DNA of 64,000 nt, from NCBI RefSeq assembly GCF_006345805.1, contig NC_043021.1, positions 992,001 to 1,056,000 on the forward strand, read 5' to 3'. Positions within the stretch are counted from its first letter, which is position 1. Every line of letters begins with the position of its first letter. The position numbers were made by a program, and so were the translations under genes. Source of the DNA: Octopus sinensis (lineage: Eukaryota). Below the pieces are notes generated by a model. That model searched no databases. It was not told where the DNA came from and saw only the letters and a list, made by a program, of their open reading frames with translations. Shown piece after piece: positions 13,101 to 23,600 of the stretch.

Positions 13101-13272
13101 CCCTTCAGTGGTGGTGAGTCAAGGTTGGAAGTATTTGAGGCTCCACCTAAGTGAGATAACATTATAAAAAGGTGCAAATGTAATAAGAAGATATTGTAGA
13201 TGTAAAAGATTTACCTGTGGAGACATCAATGATGAGCAGAGAAGCTGCGAAGAGGAATAACACCTTTAACAT
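3992..13272 (-). CDS. Secreted S1A (trypsin/chymotrypsin-fold) serine protease, 6 coding exons, 259 aa (gene span)
   Basis: Exons 13272-13215, 10796-10634, 9831-9707, 7762-7628, 6232-6087, 4144-3992; GT-AG introns, phases 1,2,1,1,0; 780 nt in frame. Signal peptide MLKVLFLFAASLLIIDVSTA, mature N-terminus IVNG, and motifs TAAHC, NDIAI, GWG, ICAG and GDSGGPL are present. Confidence 0.95.
4503..4908. repeat. Minisatellite, about 22 x 18 bp (CCATTCCTGTCAGAGGG[G/A]), in the last protease intron
   Basis: Direct inspection; source of the MAPLTG and LSEGPF repeat ORFs. Confidence 0.95.
5467..5690. repeat. Minisatellite, about 5-6 x 39 bp (CCCCACCCCACTCCTCCTACTCTCACACCAACTAAGCTT)
   Basis: Direct inspection. 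Confidence 0.92.
6087..6232 (-). CDS. Serine protease exon 5 (NGPASKILLK...FICAGDFKPGGAHTCY)
   Basis: ttatttttcag acceptor, GTAAGA donor; ICAG motif and the canonical phase-0 intron just before GDSGG. Confidence 0.95.
6464..7292 (+). mobile_element. Internally deleted Tc1/mariner-superfamily transposon (DDxD type)
   Basis: Imperfect TIRs CAGGGTG..GGC..AAATTT at both ends, TA after the right end. Transposase C-terminal remnant QQDSAPCH...PPHSPTCNPIDY...IKNACARF. Confidence 0.8.
7628..7762 (-). CDS. Serine protease exon 4 (NDIAIV catalytic Asp ... TCETIGWGRTK)
   Basis: ttcttttatag acceptor, GTATGT donor; NDIAI and GWG motifs. Confidence 0.95.
8010..9310 (+). mobile_element. Two tandem 5'-truncated RLE-type (R4/Dong-like) non-LTR retrotransposon remnants
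   Basis: DIRIKDKEKQSCFLIDPTC and VPITIGFLET-like RLE C-terminal motifs; bounded by (AAC/AAT)n and (TAA)(TGA)n tracts. Confidence 0.7.
9707..9831 (-). CDS. Serine protease exon 3 (EDGDPSIKISIGS...FIVHENYTRTNTFI)
   Basis: ttgttttgtag acceptor, GTAAGT donor; IVHENY motif; phases match both neighbours. Confidence 0.92.
10634..10796 (-). CDS. Serine protease exon 2 (PNLQ-IVNG...TAAHC, catalytic His)
   Basis: ttatttccag acceptor, GTAAGT donor; contains IVNG and LTAAHC. Confidence 0.95.
11000..12665 (+). mobile_element. Degenerate RTE-clade LINE (RT to 3' tail) in protease intron 1
   Basis: Remnants GFVPGRSTTDAIFLVRQLQ, AFVDLEKAFDR, VGVHQELVLS, LLYADDL and LCWYGDVMHM; ends in a (GAT)n tail. Confidence 0.9.
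13215..13272 (-). CDS. Serine protease exon 1 (signal peptide MLKVLFLFAASLLIIDVST)
   Basis: ATG, hydrophobic leader, then a phase-1 GTAAAT donor that joins exon 2 in frame. Confidence 0.85.
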
Positions 13273-13574
13273 ATCAGAGGAGAGAAAGTGGTCAACTTAA
13301 AATTACATTAAGATGTTATCAACTGAGGTACAACCATGCGGTCAGATACGATGCTTTCTCTCTCTTTACTAGTCTGTCTGTCTTTCTCTCCTCCCCCATC
13401 TCTATGTCTCTTTCTCACACCCATTCTCCTAATTTCTAAATTTGACCTGCTTTCCTCTCCCCACCTGCCACTTCAATGTAATCCAATGCCTTCCCTCTCA
13501 CTCCTAATTCTCCACCCTCTCTCTAAATATAACCATCTCACTCTGGCACTTGACATGTAGATGGCCAGGTGTGA

Positions 13575-13607
<33 letters not shown>

Positions 13608-16600
13608 AACACAGGATATATATACATATATAATTGTGTTTATAAATGTCTACATGACAGGTATGAAAACATCCAACTCTCCTGCTCTCACCCAATGTCT
13701 AAACATTATATTTTACCAAAATTGTCAGCCTGACAAACATGGCAAGTTGACACCAAAGCCTGTGTGTGTGCAACGGGTGCCTGTAGCTGGGAAGTCCTTT
13801 TTCTGGGGTCTAGCTCAATTGATGTGCCACCCAGAGCCATTACAGTTCTGGGGGAATTCTAGAGCACTGATGTTCTGGGGAGGAAGGACTGGCAAAAAGA
13901 GAAATAGTGTTTGTACAAAACCTACCATAGATAAGGAATTTAGTAGAGAGGAATCAGACCTACCAGTTCCCAGAAGCAGAGACAACTGTAGAAAGAGGAG
14001 ACTGAATGTCTGTGGGGTCAGATGTTGATGACTAACTTGCTGCCAGTTGGTAAAATGACCATTTTTTAATGCAATCTTGATTGTCTTTTAGTGCAGTAGC
14101 AGCTCCATCTAAGATGTGGGTACATTATTTTATTGTGGGTCTTTCTTAAGCTCTATAAAGAGTTATTAGTTGTTAGGGGCTGAAGATTGTCTCCACTCTG
14201 AAGAAAAGGGTCCTGAAAGTCACATGTGAGTGCAATTCCCATAACAGGAATTATACTGTACTGAACATTATCTAGGGTAGCCAAGTCAGCAGTGGCGGTG
14301 GATGCTCCAAGAGCATAGCTACTAGAATAATAGGCTGGACAAAGTTCACAGAGCTTATTCTTCCACCAGTTTGAAAAAAAATCATGCTTTTGTAAATGTC
14401 AATCCTTTTCCCCCACATTTCATCCCCTAACACCCATCACTTCTCTATCCTCCACCACCTTCCTCTGTCTCCTCTTTCCATCCTTAATATCTTGCTTATC
14501 TGCTCTCACCTCACACATTTACTGCAATCCCTTTCCCTCAGGCCTCTCCCATATTTTACTCTATCACTTGCCACAGTCACTTCTATTGACCATTCACCCA
14601 GTCCAAACCTCTCTATCACCTCACTTATTCTCCGCACCCCCAATGTCCCTCAAGGGAATATCCCAACAATCCTCACCACCCATCCCAACACCAGTGAAGG
14701 AGTTTATGTCTTGCAAGGGACTTGGTGACCCTGTCAGTGCTGGTGCCACATAAAAAGCACCCAGTGTGCCATGTAAAGTGACTGGTGTTAGGAAAGGCAT
14801 CCAGCTGTAGGAACCATTCCAAAGTAGACAATGGAGACTGGTGCAGCTCCAGTCAAGCCGTCCAAGCCTTGCTAGCATGGAAAAATGGATGTTAAATGAT
14901 GATGATGATGATGTCAACCAAGAAAAGTGTACAGAGATGATGCATCCAGCATTACCCAAGTGTCAAATATATAGAAATAGTTTTTTTGTTTTTTTTTCTG
15001 GTTAAACAAAACAACTGAATATATAAAAAATCGTTTATATTTACTTATTTCAAACATAAATTCCTGATATTACCCATAATGGCAAAAAGATATTTCCAGA
15101 GTTATCCGTCATACGATGGATAACACTTCAGTATAATAATAATAATAATAATGTTTGAATGTGTACATTTTCATTTTATTCTGCTTTTGTAGATATATAA
15201 AATGAGAGAGGTGTATAAAATAAACAGGTAAAAAAAAACAACAACAATATAATTCAATCTTTATTTCACCAACTAATGAAAATATATTCCGTTTTACAGG
15301 TACACACACACACACACACACACACAAGTATTTACACACATTATGTACAAATGGAAAAATAATTATTTTCCCATGCTCAGCAAAGACTGAGACTATCAGA
15401 TAGAAAAGAAATGAAAGTTGTCAAGTAGATTCATTCTGTAAGAGTATTAATGTTGAAGAGAGGCAAAATTAGCTGAGTAGATCAGGTACTAGACTGTCAA
15501 TTCATAGGTTTTTAGTTCAAATCCACAGGAAGACATTTCAATTGACATTGCACCTTAGTAGTAGTGGAGAAAGTCCCTTGCAATGTTTACTAGCTTCCTA
15601 GCCAAGAGATGGTTAAACAAATTAAGGAAAGAGATTAAGTACCAGCTCTATGGAACATTGCTGTTTCTAAAATGCTAAATGGATCAGTCAGCAATTGAGT
15701 TTACTGCTGAATGCTACCACACGGATCCAGATGGATCACTATTTATTCTCTATCCTCTGTAGACAGTTTCAGATGACACAACCGGGCATCAGTTAGCTAA
15801 ATTAAGGGATCAAAATACTCTACTCATGGTGTACCAATTTACTAGGCTCTTAATAAGCACCATGAGTAAGTAGAATCCAATGTTGTAAACATGTGGTAAG
15901 GAAGCTGAATAAATGATGTTTTATTAATTTGTAGTCCACTATTTATTAGTTTAAATAAAGCAACAAGACACCAGCTCTACAAATTTAGTGCTACATGGAC
16001 TGAACATCAAAATACACTAAAATGCACTGACTTTCTCCAATTAAAAAATCACATCACTAAGGCATTGCATCTAGTGAACATTCTACTCATAAAACCGACA
16101 GTCACATTAAATAATTCCCTAAGACTTTCCTTCAACTGTAGGAAGACCTAATAAAGTACAAATTGTTGGCTTTTGTTATTTTGGCTGGGATACATGTGAA
16201 AGGTGTTAAGCATCTTAGTTAATTTTGAGACAGCATCAAATATTTGTAATCCACATAAAACTAGAATATCTTTTGTAAATATCAGTTTGTTGTTTGAAAT
16301 GTAAATCCATTCAGATAAATATCCATGCCTTGGAGACTACTATGAAAAAAACTCGCTCAAGAACATCAAGTTACAATCCACTCACATAGAGGATTCTCAA
16401 TCAAGTCAGTAACTGGTGCTTATTTGGTTGGTCCCTGTCCTCAGCTAAGAACAAGGTACCCAACATGGTTACTAATTCTCTGGTAATGAGATTTAAAGAA
16501 TAGTTAAGAATCTAATTGCTCCAATTATGTTTGTAAAGAAAACCAATTTGAAGAACAGATCCAAGATGACAAATCAATAGTTCAGATCCTCTAATTTTTA

Positions 16601-17000
16601 TAAAAATGACTGTCATTACATGTTTGATGTTGTGATGAAAATTATCTGTGGTGAATGAAAGAGGAAATTTACGCACAACTCTGTTGGATGTGGCCCTCAG
16701 CATGGGAGCGAGGTGGGTTACAACAAAGTTGATTTGAACCTTCTTTACTGAGGATGGATGACAGACAAAGTGGACATGAGCAAGATGATGATGATGATGA
16801 TGAGGAGGAGGAGGAGGAGTTCTTACACAAATTCACAGGGAAGGAGATAAACAGTTTAATCAAGCAAAGCTGATACTTGCCAAAGATAGGATTGCAGCAG
16901 AGAAGAAGGCTTGATTAGGTTTCTGTGCCAAAGTTTAGGGGAAAATAAAAGCTTTGCAGTTGATTTTAAGCAGAAAATGGGAAGTTGAGCTGTGAGAAAT

Positions 17001-17210
17001 TTAAGGAGTTCGTCTCTTAAAGCGAGGAGATTGTCGTCGATGCATTTGTTGATTCTGTAGACAATGGCTAACTGATCGAGTTATCTTCGAAGGCACTGGT
17101 GAATCATCTGTTTGGAATATTAGCTGGTGAGTTTTACTCTTTTTCACTTCCTTCACAATGGTCTTTACTGTCTCCAGATTCTCTAATTGACCACAATCTT
17201 TGACTGTCGT
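17001..17210 (-). CDS. NSL1: NSL1 exon 5 (TTVKDCG...SKTHQLIFQ...SPRFKRRTP*)
   Basis: gcattttag acceptor; 69 codons plus TAA; basic C-terminal tail. Confidence 0.82.
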   Translation of the reverse strand, partial: TTVKDCGQLENLETVKTIVKEVKKSKTHQLIFQTDDSPVPSKITRSVSHCLQNQQMHRRQSPRFKRRTP

Positions 17211-17647
17211 CTAAAATGCAAAAGGATTCAAAGATTTAAACAGACAGGATAAAGATTAAAAAAATTATTTCTAAAGAATATACAAGAAAACAGTAAGGAC
17301 ATTGACTGGAATTACAGAGAGACATCAATGAGTGTTGAATATAAGATTATATTTCTGAGAAATTCTGCACTTATTTTGATAAAATAAAGCAGGTAGAATT
17401 AAATGTCGAGTTCAGAGGAAGCAAACATGATGTCTGTAGTAGATGTGAACACAATAGCCAAACATCCAAATTAACCTCTAGTTTGTGCTGCCAGATATTT
17501 TCGGTATTTCTTCCTCCTCCCCCCTCCTCCATTTCATTGAATATTTTAAGTGAACACCCCTTCCTCTAACCTTAGCCTATTAATGCCTGCAACCAATGCA
17601 TTTAGGCTTCATTCGTTCTTTTTGTGTCATTATTAGAACTGATATTG

Positions 17648-17680
<33 letters not shown>

Positions 17681-20600
17681 CATCACTGTTTAACATCTGC
17701 ATTTCATGCTGGCATGGGTGGAACATATACACAAATACACATTCACACAAAGTACTAGTCAAACACTAAGGGCCTCTCCTTCAGAAAGAAAGGTAGATTG
17801 TATGATGCTTGTGTATGTACAGCTAATTTACATGGCAGAGAAACATGGGCTTTGACTACAGAGGACTTGCAAAAGCTTGGAAGAAATGAAGCTAGCACAC
17901 TCTGCTGGATGGGTAAGTCAGTATGGACACATGACAAATGATGTAAGAGGCATCAGATGTTGTGTGCAAGAGAGAAGACGGTGCTGGTTTGGTCATGTGA
18001 TGCATATGGATGAGGACAGCTGCATAAAGAAGTGCCAAGCCCTAACTGTGGAGGGTACCTGTGGATAGGGGTAGTGAGAAAGGACCTTTAGATTCTGGGC
18101 CTCACTAAGGAAATAACAAGGGACCGGGTGATGTGGTGATTTGCTGTACTTGATAAGACATGTCAAGCTAATTAAAATCCCTGTCTTCCACACACACAGG
18201 TTTGTACTTCCAGGTGCACCTGTGCCAGTGCTGTATCTGTGCTGGTGGCACAGAAAAAAACACCCAGCACACTCTGTTAAGTGGTTGGTGTCTGGAGAGC
18301 TCCCTGCTAACCAGTTCCATGTCAAACCATCCAACCCATGCCAGCATAGAGAGCAGACATTAAACAATGATGATGATGATGTCTCTCAGGCTTCTTGAAG
18401 TAAGATACTATGGCAGAGAATCCTGAATGAATTTTTAAGGACACCACTTTACAAAATTGCAAACCATAATTAACCTGGTTGTTTTACAAAGCTACTAACA
18501 ACAGTTAAACACGTGGTTAGTTTACATAACAACTCATCAATCTCATGGACAGCCTGCAAGGGTCATAGGCACCACTGCCACTTCCTCCTGACCCAGCAAG
18601 CAGAATAAAAAAAAAGGTAGCTGAGGGATATTAGCAGAGACACAATTGGTGAGTAATCCAGAGGAAGATTTATCTTGAAGTTTAATTTAACACAATAAAA
18701 ATAGTTTAGTCACTTTTGTATTTGTGTATCATTACTGTACACTATATGTATGGCTACATGTCATTACTATACAGTTGATATATTGTTATGCACCACTACT
18801 GTACTGTATTGTTATTATTGAACATGCATATACACATTCAATAATAACACATATGTATTGTTACGTCACAACTGTAGAGCATTTGCACCAACATATGATA
18901 TTATTGTACAATGTCTGCAGTCTTCCTTAAATGGCACATAAAATTCCAGATAAAGTACAAAACAGTTGCATTATTTTAAGTAATGAAGTCCAAACCTTTG
19001 CACACACTTGCAAGCTGGTGTCTTCTACATGCAAGTACTAACAACTTTAAACCTTGTTTTGTCAAAACAATGGTAAACTAGGGGTTGCAAAAGGAACCAC
19101 TTGTATTCCAGTATCTGCTAACCCTAGTGTGTGTTTGTCTATATTGAAATAAGATTTGTGTCAATTGTCTCATATATGAATAGATAATTAAACAGGTTGG
19201 TAACGTTGGGCTTTGAAAAGTTGGAGGTGGCGTTAGGTGAGTTGCGTAAACAATCTCTAGAACTTGTCTTTTCTCTATTTAACAGAAAGGTTGTTGCTTC
19301 AAAAACAATTTATTGTTGAGGATGTAATTTTGTTAAAAATGCAAAAATGTCTAAATTTGATGTCATTTACAAAGTGATATTCAGTTGCAGCCCTTACCTT
19401 GACATAGCAGAGTTTGTTAGAACTGTCAGCCTGGTCAGAATGACAGAGCTAAGTAGGGAGAAAGAAGGAAACTCGCTAACTTACCTTAGATAGTGAAGAT
19501 AACAACTTTAAAGATTTGGATAAACTTTCAGACTCTTCAGGTGAATGAAAAGACACAGGTGGTATTGGTACAGCTGGTTTGGGGGGAATTCGGATCTGAA
19601 CTGAATTCTGCAGAAAATCAGAAAAAAGTCCTTGCTAAGCTAAAATTATTTTTATAATTTCATCTTTATTTTATGCTTAAGGATTGCAATGGGTTCTACA
19701 ATGCCCAGATTTTGTGAATAAAATAATTCCCAGAAACACAATCTGTTTGTAGCACTGCCCAAATAAGAAACTGAAATAATGTCCAAACATGTCCACATTA
19801 ACTTAATTAATCCTCTCTATAATGCCAAAGCAAGCAACAATGGTGTGCAGAAGATTTTCCTTGTGTGTCACAAGGGCACAGTTATCTGCAAATAGGGCTT
19901 CAGTGACAAGCTTTTCCAATGTCTTGGTTTGTCCAGAGATCAAAAACAGGGCTGTCAGAGCGATATTTGATATATATGCCCAGGTCTAGGTCTTTCACTG
20001 TGTAAAGTAGGACCTGTGTGAAGGACAAGTTGGACAAGGCTATAGTCATTTCTACTCTATGGATGTCAAACATGAACCCCATACTGTTGAAACATCAAAC
20101 AGCTGGAACAGTTTCCCACAAGGGCATTGCACAGGATCCTGGCAAAATTGCTAGCAGGACAGTGTGACAAACCAACAAGTACTGGACAGAGTCAATGTTG
20201 CTGAAGGCTCAGTCATGCTGGACTGGACATGTCATGAGGATGACTGACAACAACAGTGTAGCCAAACAGCTGTTGTACAGCGAGCTCACACCTGGCTCAT
20301 GCAAATGAGGAAGACTTAAACTGAGGTACAAAGACACTCCAAACAGTAACCTCTAATGGAGTGGCATTAGATCATGCAAACTCAAAGCCTCTGCCACAGA
20401 CAGGTCAGCATGAAGGTCTTTCACCTCACCAGCAGCAGCTGTCTTCAAAGAGGAATGGTAACGGTGTCTCGATGCTGCAGGAGAAAGACATCACAGGGCA
20501 GCAGACACCTCAATCCAGACAACAGACTCTTGTTGTGACATCTGTGGGCACCGGTGGGCTGCCAGCTTTGGATTGCAGAGTCACATGTAGCACTCTCATC

Positions 20601-23600
20601 ACTGAAAACACAGACTTTGTCATCATTGGACACTGATGGAATACCTATCAATGTCAGAAGTAAAACTCATCAACAAGATGAAGGAGAAAGACAAAGAACT
20701 GAAGTTTAAGCCATTTCTATCAGTGAGGCCATGTTACAGTGTGAGAGCATTTTATGAACAGGACACATTGTGTTCAAAGGAAGATGAGAGTAAAACTGTG
20801 TTCAATGGAACACTAAGGCTAAGATAGTGTAAGGGAGGTAACACAACTAAATGTCACAAATTTCTGTAAACAAAAGACTTTTTGTCATCTTAAATGATTT
20901 CTGATAAAGAAACCTTAATTTTAGGGAAGGTTTTGTGAATTAAACTAACTTCAGTAGTTTTTATTTCATCGACTGCTGAAAGAATGAAAGGAAAAGTTGA
21001 CCATAGCAAGATTTGAGTTCAGAATGTAAAGGGAAAAACATAAGAAATACCCCCAAAGTATTTCTTCTTCTCTTTCAACAGTTCTGCCAGCTTTTTTGTC
21101 ATTCAAAATTATTATTATTATCTTTAAAGTAAATAAAATCACCAGAGAAATATACTTACAAGATAACCAAGTTCTAGTTTTGTATAGGTTTTCAAGTTCC
21201 TGACACACAATTTAGGGAACTCCTTTCGTTTCTGGGCTATATTAAGGATTGCATCATCAAGTTGTACTGTTAATGCCTCACTTGTTGATTTCTTCTTTTC
21301 TAAGTTCATGTCACTAGAATCTGGAAGAGGAATTGAAAAAGGGTGGTCATCATGGCATATAAATAGTTTGATAAAAGAACATATTCTGGCAAAAACCCTT
21401 CAACCTTACAGGCTGTGAATGTTTTATATTTCAGGGGTGTCTTACTGCAAACAGGAAGTAGAATAGAAGACAATAAAGTGCTAATGCTTTGGATGGTAGT
21501 GGTGAACTGGTGTTAATTCTGAATTAAGGTCATAATTAAGATATGTCAGTTATTGATTTCTTAGACACAAGGTCTCAATTTTGGAGAAGGGCAGAGTCAG
21601 TATCAACCCCGCCTTCCTTCTACTACTTGACTGGAACTTTATCAGTTCCTCACAGAAAGGTGATGTAAGCTTCAGTTTAATTTAAAACCAGAAGAGATTA
21701 CAAGCAAAGAACACAAGGCACCAACAGCCCCAACAATTCTACTTGTCCTAACAATTCTACTTGTCCACTGGGATCAACAAATGGAACGTTATGAGATTGT
21801 CATCAACACTATTGTTGCTTTAACTGATAATGACTTCACATACTCTGCACTACACATTAGTAGGACCACCACCACCACCACACTTGGCTGGACTTCTTGG
21901 TTTGTGTCTATAAGGTGATATGAGGCATGATGACCATCCAACCTAATCGAACGTGAATAAGCAAGAAAGAAAATGGGATGAGGAAATGAAAAATATTAAA
22001 GTAATTAAAATCACAATTCAAAATTGTCTCCTGAACTTACCAAAATGATTAAACTAATGATTAAATTTTTTTTACTCGTTATGTATTTCTTATTAGATTT
22101 TTAATGCTCTTTTTCATTATATATGGTGACCCTTGAGTATCACAATGTATAGGACACTAGATTAACAAAGAGGATCTTGTAGCTGAAGTTGTTCAGTGGC
22201 AACCATAACTGGAAAGGCTTAAACCAAGAAAAGAAAAAAACACCAACCTGTTGCTAGGAAACATTTGCTGCACAATCGAAGAATTTAAAATTGCCATGAA
22301 TGACAGAGAAGAATAGAAAGAAGCAGGTCGAGAAATGCCAAGAAATTCTTGATCCACATAGAATGTTTGGACAATTGCTGAACAATTCCTGTATTAGTGT
22401 AGGTCCGTTGAAACACAGAGATAATGTTCCACATCAGCCACAACAAAGGACATTAAAGAGATGATGCCAAAGATAGGGAAAGTCTATGAGAGATAATAGT
22501 GAAAAGAAATTTACCTTTGTTTCCATCTTCTGTGATCTGTAAGTCTGGTTGTTCAACACGTACATTGGACATGAACATTTGTTTAAACACCTGTGTGTAT
22601 GTAATAATAATAATAATAATAATAATAACAACAACAATAACAACAATGGCTTCAAATTTTGCCACAAGAGCAGCCATTTGGGGGTGGGGTGACCCCCACT
22701 ATTCAACTGGTCCTTATTTTATCAACTCCAAAAGGATGGAAAGCAAAGTCAAACTCGGCGAAATAATAATAATAATTGGAAACTGAGTTGAAAGTGGGAT
22801 CCTGACAGAGGATCCTGACGTGGAATGAACCCAAACTGCAAAGAGTGACGGAATTGGAGAGCAGCAGAATCCTGTGAAATTTCCTAATCCAAACAGATCA
22901 AGTGCTAAACAGTTGATGTTGTGTGTCGCTTTGACCCACAAATACTCAAAAAGGAAGGTGAAAAGATAGACAGATACAACCCTCTTAAGTACGAAATAAC
23001 CTGGCTATGGAAAATGAAGAAGGTGGAGATAGTGCCAATTATTATTGGGTCCTTGGGGACAGTATCAGAAGGTATCAAGAGGAATATAAAAGAAATTGGG
23101 ATAGAGTGCCTAGTACAGTGGTTCTTAACCTTTTTCATTGTCTTACCTTGAGACTCCCCAAGGTATTACCAAAACCCCTATAATAAATTTTTTAATGGTG
23201 AACTTTGTGTAAAGGTAAGATAAAACAAAACTACATGAAGATCATAATCTATTGAAATTGTTATAAATAAAAGACCTTGAAAAATGCTACATGTGCTAAA
23301 AAACCCACATGGGACTACTGAACATCATACACAACCTACTTATCCACTCAGTGGGAGGGTTGATATTGTTTTGCAGCCATAAGTCCATCAAAGCAAGGAG
23401 CAGTGCTGGACAGACTTCATGTCGGCATCAATCACAAGCCTGCTGCCTGCCTTCATTGTTGAGAATCCAACCTGACAGTGACAGGTTAAGCTGGATTGGC
23501 TCAGTATGGTCAGTGCATGCATCAAAACAACAGGGCAGTCGTCCTCCAGTTTTGCCTAAAATGTCAGCTCTTGATCAGAAAGATCAATTTTCAACTGAGT

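Noticed and set aside
15340-16990. Unique-looking stretch that might hide another gene
   Set aside because: No consistent exon chain found; most simply NSL1 3'UTR or intergenic DNA.
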